NCBI GenBank assembly: GCA_951406725.2
Contig: OX597832.1
Location: forward strand, 26,412,001 to 26,476,000
Direction of reading: 5' to 3'
Length of the DNA: 64,000 bases
Source: Octopus vulgaris
Taxonomy: Eukaryota
Each line of letters begins with the position of its first letter. Position 1 is the stretch's first letter. The translations under genes were made by a program, and so were the position numbers. Positions 1-12,215 of this stretch are shown in pieces. The notes below the pieces were generated by a model that was not told the origin of the DNA, did no database searches, and was given only the letters and a program-made list of their open reading frames with translations.

Positions 1-339
1 TGTGCAAAGGGAAATAACTCTGAGTGGTCAGTGACATGCAGCTGAGCAACAAAGATGAATAAAGGTATATTAAATAACATACAAGACAAACTGATGATTT
101 ATCAAAATTAGCTTCACTTCAAGAGAAGGTAAACCAATCACCTGTGGCAACTGGTATCAACTCTTAATGAGAAGGGGAGATAATCTCAAGAGTGAAGAAG
201 ACAATGGAATAGTTGTGGATACATGTTTCTACCTAAAAAGCTGTCATCAGTAGATGAAACACTTAGACAGAGGCAAAAAAGAATAGAATACACTAATGAC
301 CAAACTAATTTGCATAAATGAAATTCAGCTAAGAGAAAT

Positions 340-377
<38 letters not shown>

Positions 378-562
378 AGTCACCGAATTCATGGGACCTG
401 AACTACCAATGGAGGCTTAAATATTCTCACCTCAAATCTTTTTTTTTTTAAATTTAAATCTGTCAAATTTTCTCCAATTTGGCTCCATACACCTAAGGAT
501 GTGGCCATGTCAACACCAACGAAACTTTAAGTAAGTTAGTGTTGTGCCAATCTAGTAATATG

Positions 563-611
<49 letters not shown>

Positions 612-619
612 CATACACA

Positions 620-677
<58 letters not shown>

Positions 678-1544
678 CACACTTGAAACCCCAACTAATG
701 TATTGAGTGCTACTTTCATTTACTCAACAACACACACATCATCATCATCATCGGACATTAAACAATGATGATGATGAATGTGTGTATATATGTGTGTGTG
801 TATATATATATGCATGTGTGTATGTATGTGTATATATGTATATGTGTGTGTGTGTGTGTGTATAAATATGTGTGTATGTATGTATGTATATTCTCCCCAA
901 GATGCCCAGCAGTACAAATAGTCTGCCTCTAAATACCCATCTCAAAAAACTAAGGAGCGATAGAACATGAAACGAAGAACATGCAGTTCTATGTTTCTGC
1001 AGATATTTGATCTGATAACTTTTAGACACAAGAACTCAAGAAATTCTACATTCAAATGTATACGCTCATGTGCAAGAATTATGTTTATGGTTTATCTCCA
1101 TGTAAATCAATAAATTTTAAATTTATTGATTAACATTTCATTTCTTTCTATTAATTCTGAAAGCAAAAACAAAAATCTTTGTAGCTTAAATGTCTATTTT
1201 TACTAAAAACAATTTTCAATTTATAGACATATGCAAATTAGTTGTTTGTTTTTTGGGGGAGTTTTTTGGTGGGGGACAGTAGGGGAGGATTACATTGGAA
1301 GCAACTTTGCTTAAATTTTATCAAAAGCATAGTCACAGAACTTTAATAAATATGCCATCCATCCAAGAACTGCAATGAAATTAAGTATAAAATTGTATAC
1401 TTATTACAGAGATGTACTTGCAAAGCAAGTGACCTGATCTAAGATCATGTGCTGGAACGAAAACAATTGCAGCGTGGAAGGTGTTTATAAGCCATTTAAG
1501 AAACACAAAAACTGTTAGATTCACTTCAACATTTAAATTTAATT

Positions 1545-1591
1545 TGGCAAAATATTTTCATCACTTTGAGACCGCGACCTGTTCACTGACA
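1545..1591 (-). ncRNA. Mirror copy of the G3-C8 hammerhead-like motif
   Basis: Reverse complement reads TGTCA GTGAACA g GTCGC ggtctcaaa GTGAT GAA AATATT T TGCCA, with one stem I mismatch. Confidence 0.55.
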
Positions 1592-1639
1592 AAATTTCTG
1601 TGCTGCACAGAATTTTGTCAGAGATGCAGCACAGAATTC

Positions 1640-1686
1640 TGTCAGTGAACAGGTCGCGGTCTCAAAGCGATGAAAATATTTTGACA
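1640..1686 (+). ncRNA. Minimal type I hammerhead-like motif with G3-C8 covariant core
   Basis: TGTCA GTGAACA g GTCGC ggtctcaaa GCGAT GAA AATATT T TGACA: stem I, core, stem II, GAAA, palindromic stem III, stem I'. Confidence 0.6.
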
Positions 1687-1733
1687 AATTAAATTTAAAT
1701 GTTGAAGTGAATCTAACGGTTTTTGTGTGTTTC

Positions 1734-1963
1734 TTAATCCTTTTGTTACCAACCCGGCCGAAACCGCCTCTGGCTCTGTAGTACAAATGTCTTGTTTTCA
1801 TAAGTATCAAATTAAAGTTTTCCACCAAACCTTAATCACAATTTATGTTCCTAACACTAGCTGAATGATAACTAAGTTATTTTACTAAATTCTTTGTTAT
1901 ATTTAAAATCAATTGAAAGAAACACAGAGCATCTCAAAATAAATACAGTAACTAAAGGGTTAA
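1734..1963 (+). mobile_element. piggyBac-type MITE (about 225 bp)
   Basis: TTAA on both flanks; TIRs related to CCCTTTCGTTAC/GTAACGAAAGGG. Same family as the copies at 25.5-26.2 kb and 43.6-44.4 kb. Confidence 0.85.
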
Positions 1964-2139
1964 ATGGCTTATAAACACCTTCCACGCTGCAATTGTATAC
2001 TTTTTATAAATGAGAATGAGAGAGAGAAATTATGAAGTTACACCAGTCAAACGCTCATGGAGATACACAGGAAAAAACAACCGAAGCAACATGTCCACAA
2101 GGAACTGAAGCTGGACCAAAGACTCAACTCACCGAGAAT

Positions 2140-2171
<32 letters not shown>

Positions 2172-2288
2172 TCATCTCACAGTTAATACTGACATCAACA
2201 TAAGAATCCTTCAATGGACTCCAACAATTTTATTTAGATTTAAACATAACAGCAACACAAGCATCTCGTGGATTACTGCAATACTTAC

Positions 2289-5200
2289 ACTCGCTTGTTT
2301 CAGCTTCTCTTCTTCTTTGACAGTCTTAATATCGGAACTCAGACATTCTACTTGTTCTCTCAGTGCACTTATTGTCGATTCCAAGTTAGATACTTGTTCA
2401 GTCTTGGAACTTTCCAATTTCTGGATTTCCCCTTCGTAGCAGGAAACTTTATCTGACAGTTCTGCTATGGTTCCATTAAGCTTAGACAGTTTTTCCTCAT
2501 ACTCGCAACGAAGACTCTCAGACTTAGAAATTTCATTATTAAGATCTTCCTTTACATTTCTCACAGAATTCGTTTCTTCTTCAACAAGGCATTGGTTCTC
2601 TGTCAGCTGTTGTTTCAAAGAATCTCTTTCATTCTCTAATGTAGTGATTAGTTGTGATTTTTCTTCTAACAAAATTTCTTTCTTTTCAAGTAATTCTTTG
2701 AAATCTTTCAGGGAACTTGCCGTTGATTCCAAGTTAGATACTTGTTCAGTTTTGGAACTTTCCAATTTCTGGATTTCCCCTTCATAGCAGGAAACTTTAT
2801 CTGACAGTTCTACTATGGTTCCATTAAGCTGAGACAGTTTTTCCTCATATTCACTACAAAGACTTTCAGACTTAGAAATTTCATTATTAAGATCTTCCTT
2901 TACATTTCTCACAGAATTCGTTTCTTCTTCAACAAGGCATTGGTTCTCTGTCAGCTGTTGTTTCAAAGAATCTCTTTCATTTTCTAACGTAGTGATTAGC
3001 TGTGATTTTTCTTCTAACAGAATTTCTTTCTTTTCAAGTAATTCTTTGAAATTGTTTACTGATTCTTCTAAAGAGGCCGTCTTTGATATGCTTTCATTCA
3101 AAGAAGCTTCAAGTTCTTGCTGTTTCTTTTGATGTTCTTCCTCTCCGGTTAGATTCCTGTTTAACTGTTCCTTCAAAGACTCTTTCTCTTTTGTTTCTGT
3201 AGAAAGCTGGGTATTTAATTGTCCTATCGTTTCTGTATCTTCCCGTGTTTTCGCTTCCAAAGTTTCAAGACACGTCCTTAATTTGACCAGTTCCTCTTCG
3301 GAAGATACTTTAAGTTGTTCTTTAAATGTACAAAGTTCTTTCTGTTTAGATTCAAGTTCCGATAAGCAATCGTATTTTTCTTTTAAGACTTTCTTTAAAT
3401 CTTCCACAACCAAATTCTTTTCATCTACCAGTTTCTCTAAATGTTCGATCTCTTCATCAGCCACTTTCAATAATTCTATTTTCTCATTCAACTCTAAAGA
3501 AAGTTCGTCAAAAGATTTTCCCTTTTCGACAAGTTCCGATTGCAAAGAGTTCATTTCCTCACGTAACGCAGACGTCTGCTGGTCTGATGCCTGCTTAAGC
3601 TGTTCGAGTTTTTCACTGAAATCTTCAGACATTAATTTTTTCTCAGTTATCAATTCCTCTTGACTGGATTCCAGTTTTTTCCGTTCCGCATTCTCATTCT
3701 CAAATGCAGTTTGGACGAGTTGGAGGTTGTTCTTCAGTTGATCCAACGTTGAAAGCTGATTGGTTAAATAATCAATTCTTGCAGTGTGTTCTTCAAGATC
3801 TTTCTTCAGGCAATCGTTTTCTTTAACTACATTAGAATTTTCATCTCTCACAGAGCAAAGTTCAACCTGAATCTCTTCCATTTTCTTGTCTTTCTCCTGA
3901 AGTTCAAACTCAAATTTCTCCAAAATCTGCTTCGAATGACTATCAGAATCTTCAATGTTCCTCTTATTCATCTCAAAGAGTTTTAATTTTTCCCTCAATT
4001 CAACAAGTTCCTGTTTTTCCTGACTTAAACACTCCCGAGATTCCGCAGACTCTTGCACAGTTTTAATGAGTTTCTCTTTTTCTTCCATCAACACTTCCTT
4101 CTGCTGACAGGCAAGGGTTAATTTTTCTTCCAAGATAGAATTCAGACTGTGTTTCTCTTCCAAACTATTTACAAGTTCCATTTTCTCTTCAGTCACCAAA
4201 TTCAGTTGTTCTTCTAATTGCTGGAACGATTTTTTCAGTGCACAATTTTCAACTCTGTAATGATCGTTATCTGAATAAACCATTTTCATTTCTTCTGTTG
4301 CAGCATCGTGCATCTTACTGATAGTCTTCTGTAGCTCATCAATAATGCTCTGCTTCTCCAAGAGTCCCTCTTTCAACCTTGTCTGAGTCTCACTTTTCTC
4401 CACCCAAGCTTCTTCCAAAACCTGTTCTGATTTTTCATTTTCTAGCTTCATGTCATCATATTTCCGTTTCATTGAAGAAAGAGAATTTGACAATTCAATA
4501 ATTTTGGTCTCAAGTTCCTGAACATAACTACTTTTCTCCGACAGAGCTTTCTCTACATCTTCGATATATTCCTCTTTTATTTTACATTGATTCAATGCTT
4601 TTGATTTCTCTTTCTCAATTGCTTCACTTTCTTCCCTGCTTTTACGCAAAGATTCTTCAAGATGGTATATATTCTCAGTGGACTCTGCCATTTCTTTCTC
4701 TCTTCCTTTTAACACCTCCAATTCTTCTTGGGCAGCTGTCAAAGTTTCGGTGAGTTCCTCTTTGTCGCAGGACAATTTTTCGCTAAAAGCCTTCAGGTTC
4801 TTGTTCTCTTCCGACATTTCCTTCCCGTGGTCTTCCGCCAACTGCATCACAACTGTTATCGACTCTTTCTCTCTCTCCAGATTCTCCTTCTCCGCCTGAG
4901 TTCTCTGCAACACATTCTCAAAATGGGCCAACTCGGCTTCTAAACGACACTTCTCGTTAATTATTTCTTCCACTTTCTTCTTCATCCTGTTAATTTCATC
5001 AATGGAAGAACAGTCCTTCTCTGTCAATTTAAACATCTCCTCCCGTAGACTGTCCCTCTCGTTCAATGCTTCGTGCAAGGAATTCATCAGAAATTCCAGT
5101 TCGTTCCGCCAATGAAGTTCTCGCTGCTCTGTCTCCTCCAAATCAACCAGAGCCCTCTCCTTATCCTCCTTCATCATGTTCATTAAGTTTTCCCATTCTT

Positions 5201-6194
5201 TCAGCTGTTCGGTCTTGCTCAGCAACAGGGTCCTCTGAGATTCGGTCTCCTCCTTCAACTCGTGAAGCTCATACTCAATATTCTCCTTCTGTTCCAGCAA
5301 ATGTTCAAACATTGACTTCATTTTCGCATTCTCCGTGTGGAGATCTTCGACCTTCTGGTCGGCGCCGGTCAGAGAAATGTTAGAATCTGAGCCATTTTTA
5401 GAACATTCTGCATCAGTGGATTCTTTGACAGAGGATGATTCTAACATCGTGACCTTCTCTTTAAGATACCTTACCACTTCGGCAGAATCGGTATATTTTT
5501 GCAATAAGGAAGAATATTCTGCTTCTTTTTCCTGCAACTCAACTTTGAATGTTTCGGTATTTACTGCCGCTTCCTTTGCTTGCTTCAGTTCTTCAACCAC
5601 AATCTGAAGATCTGCTTTCAAAGCTGTTAACTGGTTTTCGAGATCATTTTTGTACTTTACCAAATTCTCACATTGGTCACTAACGCTGTGGTTTTCATGT
5701 TGGAGGTTTTCATTTGTTCCTTGGAGTTCTGCAATTCGGTTGGTGTAATCAAGAATTTTGTCTTCACCCTCTTGCAGTTTCGCTTCCTTTTCAGAGAGAT
5801 TCTTTCGTAAGACAGCAACTTCTTCTTCGTTTATCGAGGAATTTTCTTCTCTGGCCAGGTGATTCTGTTGTTTTAATTCATCAATCTGGTTTTTATATTC
5901 ACTTAACAGTTTACCAACATCAATTAATTCCACTTGGCTATTTGGCTCTACTTCATTCATCGACTGAATACTTTCAATTAACGAGTTCTTTTCAAGTTGA
6001 AATTTTTCTAAGATGGAAATCTTCTCTGTTAAACGATCTTTGGTAATTTGATAGTCATCCATGAGCTTCTCATAAGCAGCCTCTTTATGGTTCAAAGAAT
6101 CTACCATGACGACGTGGCTGTCTTCCAAGAGATTCAGTTTAACCATCGTTTCTTCTAATTTCTTCACAGCAGCGGCAGCAGCGGTTCTACTTGC
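2289..6194 (-). CDS. GCC2: GCC2 giant coiled-coil exon (1302 codons, ASRTAAAAAVKKLEE...KLKQAS)
   Basis: Lies inside ORF 2211..6365. Phase-0 acceptor ttattccag at 6195-6196; donor AGT|gtaagt at 2288. E/K/L-rich heptads throughout. The gene continues past the left edge of the window. Confidence 0.88.
2377..3052 (-). repeat. Tandem duplication inside the giant exon, period 348 nt (116 aa)
   Basis: 2377-2704 and 2725-3052 are near-identical; FKELLEKKEILLEEKSQL...TEQVSNLEST occurs twice. Confidence 0.95.
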
Positions 6195-6609
6195 CTGGAA
6201 TAAATCACAATCATATGACAACTTACCCCTGTAAAAGAGATATACATACATGTGTGTGTGTAGGTGTGTATGTGCACATATATCTATACGTGTGTGCATG
6301 TGTTGTGTGTGTACATGTTTATGTATGTATACACACGTCAATATGTTACAGCAGCTCTCTTTCAAGCAGACTGCACAGTTCGTATAATTTTTCTAACTTT
6401 TAGTGAAAACAAAGAGGGTAGAAATTATGACAAGAGAATAAAATACACTGATATACACACATACATGCATACATATATGCATATGTATATGTATACATAC
6501 ATACATATCTATGTATACATACATATCTATACATACATATATATGTATACTTAAATATGTATACATATATATATACATATGTATACATACATACATACAT
6601 GTATACTTA

Positions 6610-7890
6610 CAGGGGTTGGACAAAATAATGGAAACACCTAGCATCATAGCTATATAATTTTGAAATATCAATAAAACCATCAAAAGCTTGTTTATTTTTA
6701 TGTTTTTTGATTTATTATTAGTGTTGCTTAATATGTTTTTTTCTAAAATTGCTGTTTCTTTTCAGATATCATCAGAAAAAAGGTTATTAAAATTCATTAA
6801 AATGACGGATCTATCAGACTTTCAAAGAGGTCAAATTGTTGGTGTTTGTATGGCAAGTGCTAGCATAACAAAAACAGCCAAAATGTTTGGTGCATCAAGA
6901 AGTCCTGTCTCGAAAGTAATGACAACCTTTGAGAGAGAGAGAATAACCTCCTCGTCGAAACAAAACTTTGGAAGAAAACCAAAACTTTCAGATAGGGACC
7001 GTCAGACTTTTCCGTGGATTGTTAGAAAGGATCACAAAAGTACAGCTCCCAAAATTACTGCAGAGCTTAATGACCACTTTGAGAATATAGTTTCCATAAA
7101 AACTGTTTTCCAGGAGCTGCACAAAGCCGGATTTCATGGGAGGGCTGCAATCAGAAAACCACTACTTTCAAAAACAAACGTTGCAAAGTGTTTAAAGTGG
7201 AATAAAAACCTACAGAATTGGTCCCTAGAGCAGTGGAAGAATGTTATTTTCTTGGACAAGTCATCCTTTACCATATTTCTGACCACCAACCAAGTATACG
7301 TGTGGAGACAGCCAAAAGAAGCATTTGACCCAGACTGCCTTCTTCCAACTGTTAAACATGGAGGAGGATCTGTGATAATCTGGGGAGGAGCTATATCTTG
7401 GAAATCTTCCAGCCCAATGGTTTCCCTTCATGGCAGAATTAATTGTCAAGACTATTTTAGCATTTTATCTGATCAAATTCATCCTATGGTTGCAGAACTG
7501 TTTCCAGAGAGAAACGCGATCTTTCAGGATAATAATGCACCAATTCACACAGCTAAAGTTGTTACTGAAAATGGCACGAGGAACATTCTAGTGAAGTTGA
7601 ACATCTTATCTGGCCACCACAGTCCCCAGATTTCAATATTTCTGAACATTTATGGTGCATTTTACAAAAACATGTAAGGAGTCAATATCTTCCACCATCA
7701 TCACTACAAGAACTGGAGTCTATTTTAGTTGAAGAATGGACAAAAATTCCTTTGGAAACAATTCAAACTTTGTACAAGTTCATACCTCATAGAATTCAAG
7801 CTGTAATTACTGCCAAAGGCGGTCCTACTCCATATTAAAATTAATTTGTTCGAAATTTTAAGGTGTTTCCATTATTTTGTCCAACCCCTG
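6610..7890 (+). mobile_element. Tc1-family DNA transposon, about 1.28 kb, with intact ends
   Basis: Perfect 30-bp terminal inverted repeats (TIRs) CAGGGGTTGGACAAAATAATGGAAACACCT at 6610-6639 and 7861-7890. TA target duplication on both sides; transposase inside. Confidence 0.96.
6802..7838 (+). pseudogene. Tc1 (DD34E-type) transposase with a frameshift near 7570
   Basis: HTH start MTDLSDFQRGQIVG, then GRKPKLS, PTVKHGGGSV and FQDNNAPIH. After the frameshift the other frame reads WPPQSPDFNISEHLW...VITAKGGPTPY*. Confidence 0.92.
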
Positions 7891-7933
<43 letters not shown>

Positions 7934-8006
7934 ATACATACATGTATACAGACATATACGTATACACACATATGTATACATGTATACGTACATGTATATT
8001 TATTTC

Positions 8007-8044
8007 AAATTTTAAGGTGTTTCCATTATTTTGTCCAACCCCTG
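8007..8044 (+). mobile_element. Second copy of the Tc1 right end
   Basis: aaattttaaggtgtttccattattttgtccaacccctg followed by TA; identical to about 7853-7890. Confidence 0.93.
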
Positions 8045-8083
<39 letters not shown>

Positions 8084-8153
8084 TTGTATACATACATACA
8101 TACATGTATACATACATACATATATGTATACATATATATATGTATACATACAG

Positions 8154-8203
<50 letters not shown>

Positions 8204-8389
8204 TGTACACACATACGTGGATGTGGGTGGGCGTATGTGGGTGGGCGTAACAATAGCTTTAATATTTATGTTGATAGAATATATCAATATGTAACATTCT
8301 ATAATCGACAGAAACATAAAATACAAAAAAATACAAAAACAAAAAGTAGATCAAAGAAGCAAAAGAGCCAAAAATAGATTTTTCCATCG

Positions 8390-8420
<31 letters not shown>

Positions 8421-8437
8421 TAATATCATCATTATTA

Positions 8438-8472
<35 letters not shown>

Positions 8473-8475
8473 GCT

Positions 8476-8676
8476 AAGGCAATGAGCTGGCAGAATCGTT
8501 AGCATGCTGGGTGAAATGCTTAGCAGTATTTCGTCCGTATTTCTGTTCTGAGTTCAAATTCTGCTGAGGTCGACTTTGTCTTTCATCCTTTCAGGGTCGA
8601 TAAAATAAGTACCAGCGAAATACTGGGGTTAATATAATCAACCAGTCCCCTCCCCCAAAATTTCAGGCCTTGTGCC
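8476..8676 (+). mobile_element. SINE family B (MetaSINE-like central domain), (ATT)n associated
   Basis: gagctggcagaatcgttagc...gagttcaaattc...ctttcatcctttcagggtcgataaaataagtaccag. Confidence 0.8.
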
Positions 8677-8691
8677 CGATTATTACTATTG

Positions 8692-8728
<37 letters not shown>

Positions 8729-8796
8729 CATTATTATTATTATTTCTTTAAAGCATTTCAGCTTTAAAGCTGTGGTCATGCTGGAGCACCACCGTG

Positions 8797-8839
<43 letters not shown>

Positions 8840-9151
8840 AACACTTAAAGGATTCATATCATGGTCCCTTGGCAACGTTAAACCGAAACTGGTTTAAGAA
8901 TAGACCCATCGTTTCCTCTGCATGTTGTAAAAGGTGGCTAAAAGAGGTTGAAGTAGGATTTGCACTCAAGGACTTCATGAGGCCCTCACCAGTAACAAAA
9001 CTACCGAAACAGAGCCACGGGTGAGAGGGCCGTTGCCCAAGTGGTGCAAAAGTGTCATCCACTGGGAGTAATAGGGGACTGCCAACAAATGGTGGATGCA
9101 GTGATGCACTATTACAGCATGTCCCCACACTACTACTACTAGTACTACTAC

Positions 9152-9182
<31 letters not shown>

Positions 9183-9415
9183 TTTCAAATTTTGGCACAA
9201 GGCCAGCAAGTTCAAGGGAAGAGAGGAAATTGATTACATCGACATTAGCCCTCAACTCGTATTTAGTTTATCGACCCCAAGAGAATGAAAGGCAAAGTTG
9301 AGCTTGGCAGAATTTGAACTCAGAATGTAAAGACAAACGAAATGCCACTAAACATTTTGCCTGGCATGCTAACGGTTCTGCCAGCTCACTGCCTTAATAC
9401 TACTACTACTACTAC

Positions 9416-9450
<35 letters not shown>

Positions 9451-9499
9451 TTTATAATAAAGTAGCATTGCTAATAATATTAATTACATAATACTAAAG

Positions 9500-9935
9500 C
9501 TAATAAATTAATGCCAGACTTGACATTTTTCACCAAATGAAGAAAGTGAAATATCAGGTGAACTTAATTGATTAAAATTTTGCCAAAGGATGGCACACAG
9601 CCCCACTCCTATGAAGTTAGTTGTCATCAATTCCCGGCAAAGATCAGTGTACCATTTACTTCGGAATACCGGTTTGGAACCCAAACAATTGAAGACAGCT
9701 GCCAAGGAGATTGGTACAGCAGCTGAAACTAACTCAAAGTGGTCATGAGTGATTGACCGACATGAGAACACAAATGGAACTCTTCTGCAGGTGAAGGTTA
9801 ATTCAGTCCTTGCTGTGCTATTCAGGTCAAAAATGCATGCCAGGATGTGAAACACTTGTGACTCTGAGATACCAGCTGAAGGTACTCTGAGATACCCGCT
9901 GTGTGAGGCAAACTATCTCTGATGTTTATTACATT
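9500..9935 (+). mobile_element. Degenerate RLE (HERO/NeSL-like) retrotransposon 3' fragment
   Basis: Frameshifted KGWHTAP...EVSCHQFPA...SVYHLLRNTGLEPKQLKTAAKEIGTAAETNSKW resembles the PVEVGCRGF...AAE.SS.W C-terminus. Confidence 0.5.
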
Positions 9936-10127
9936 GCTATCTCTTAAAGAGCTTTCATTTAAAAAAATTGACATTATACACACACATGCATATATGTAAT
10001 AGCCATCTGTGTATCATACCTAATGTATACACAGTGTCAATAGGCACTGTGGTATTTGCCTTGAGATGACATCTCTTAGAAATGGTCTGTGCTAAAAACA
10101 TAATATTAAATGACGACATATATATAT

Positions 10128-10440
10128 GGAGGCGCAATGGCCCAGTGGTTAAGGCAGTGGACTCATGGTCGGGGGATCGCGGTTTTGATTCCCAGACCGG
10201 GCGTTGTCTGTGTTTATTGAGCAAAAACACCTAAAGATCCACGAGGCTCCAGCAGGGGGTGGTGGCGACCCGTTGGACTCTTTCGCCCCAACTTCCTCTC
10301 ACATTTTCTTCCTGTTTCTTGAATAACGGTGCGATGGACTGGCGTCCCATCCAGCTGGGGGGAAACACATACGCCAGAGAAACCGGGAAACCGGGCCCAT
10401 GAGCATGGCTAGGCTTGAAAAGGGTACATAGATAAATAAA
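10128..10440 (+). mobile_element. tRNA-derived SINE, family D (V-domain-like segment)
   Basis: ggaggcgcaatggcccagtggttaaggc...gattccc head; gcgatggactggcgtcccatccag; (TAAA)n tail. Confidence 0.8.
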
Positions 10441-10452
10441 TAAATAAATAAA

Positions 10453-10504
<52 letters not shown>

Positions 10505-11874
10505 CTTAGCTCAACCATATATATATATTCTTATAGTCAACTCTTGTTCTGCTGGTTTATGCCTTCCATGACTGAGACACTGGGTTTTAAGAATTTTATC
10601 TAGCTTGAACAATAATTTAGTCCTTATAGCATTTGACATTGTGCGTGTGCGTGTGTGTGTGAGACATACATACATACATACATACATACATATGCACACA
10701 CAAACTACCTGCTGCTGTTACTCTTATTGCCCTAGCTCTTAGATCATTAGATATACAATCAAAGATATTCCAGCTGTGACCATTTCATCTTTTATTTTTA
10801 TTTATATTTTTAATTGTTTTTTTTTTTTGGCAGGCATAGTTTATCTTAGACTACATTATACACAGTTTCATTCCTTTATTCTTTAAGATTACAGAATATC
10901 ATTTTAAGAGAGACACTGCTGCTAGTCTAACAACCATACTAAAACTTTCTGATCGATTTGAAATAAGACCAGTCGTTTTTTTTAACGATGGGGTCAAAAT
11001 GGTTTGAAATAGTAAATAATCGTTAACTAAAGTCAACAGCATGGAGATTAAAGAATTCACACCTGTTGTATAATTTGTTGATTAAAGAAAAATAAGAAGA
11101 AAAATAGATTATTTTTAATCACGACAAAGAGTAAAAGTAACAACACCAGAACCAATAAAAATGGTTATTTCAAAACAAAAAAAAAGAAAAAAAAAGGGGT
11201 GTTTGGGATTTACTGTTTAACTTTTACCAATGTTTTCAAGGGATTTCAAATCAAAGAATCGTTGAATAAATAGTGAGAGAGAAAAAAAGAAAGAAAAAGT
11301 GAAAAGAAATTAAGTAAAACAAAAGAAAGAAAATATATAATATATACAAAAAAAAATATATATAAAAGGAAGCACAGCTGCTATTAAAGAAAACTAATAA
11401 ACAACAGGAAAAAAAAAACCCCAGCAAAATGCAAGCAGTGAACGAGATTTAGAGGACACACAGACACACTGGCACACATACTCACACACATTTCTGCAAA
11501 CAGTGCCAACAGCTTTTCGTGTAATTAATAATGTATTTATTTAAATCACTTGCTAACTCTAAATATTCCCCCTACCTCACACTCTTATGGAGCATGCCCC
11601 CTCTATCCCCCCTCTCTATACTACTTATAATCCCCCACACTGTTCTCTGTGGGTAATTCTTTTCTCTCTCTCTCTCTCTCTCTCTCCCCCACATTCCTCT
11701 CTTTCCTTGTGCTTCTGGGGTTGCCAAGTACCTCCTTTGTAATAAGACAGCTACCCCTATCCTCCCCATCATACTGCAACCTCTTGCCTGGCACACACTC
11801 ATCCCCCCCCCCCCCGGTTCCACTCGTTCTCTAAGCTGAAAGGTTCTCGTCTTGCAAGCCACTTCATGACCCCA

Positions 11875-12215
11875 CAGGTGCTGGTACCATATAAAAAGTA
11901 CCCGTGCTGGTGTCACATAATGTGACACCTGTGTTGGTGCCACACATGAAGCACCTGTTCCAGCACCACATACAAAGCACCCATGCTGGCAGCACATAAA
12001 AAGCATCTGTGTTGGGGGCCACATAAAAAGCATCTGTGTTGGGGCCACATAAAAAGCATCTGTGTTGGGGCCACGTAAAAAGCATCTGTGTTGGGGCCAC
12101 GTAAGAAGCATCTGTGTTGGGGCCACATAAAAAGCACCTGTGTTGGGGCCACGTAAAAAGCACCTGTGCTAATCCCATGTGAAAAGCTCCCATGCTGGGA
12201 CCACATAAAAAGCAC
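11875..12215 (+). repeat. About 26-bp minisatellite (aaaaagcatctgtgttggggccacrt) at the 5' part of a family C element
   Basis: Roughly a dozen head-to-tail units, degenerate toward the left. Confidence 0.9.

Larger units (their letters stand above)
1408..1995. mobile_element. Palindromic Penelope-like terminal-repeat element, interrupted by a piggyBac MITE
   Basis: Left arm about 1463-1600 is the reverse complement of about 1630-1737 plus 1960-1995. Each arm carries a hammerhead-like motif. Confidence 0.7.

Noticed and set aside
1-345. Purine-rich, coding-looking stretch at the window start
   Set aside because: Stops in the plus frames and no credible minus-strand coiled-coil exon; probably a decayed LINE fragment, but unsupported.
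2032-6046. Plus-strand Ser/Phe-rich ORFs overlapping the giant exon
   Set aside because: Antisense shadows of the E/K-rich coding strand.
6195-6365. N-terminal part of the 1384-aa ORF (MKESCCNILTCVYIHKHVHTQ...)
   Set aside because: Intronic (CA/TA) microsatellite read-through; the phase-compatible acceptor is at 6194.
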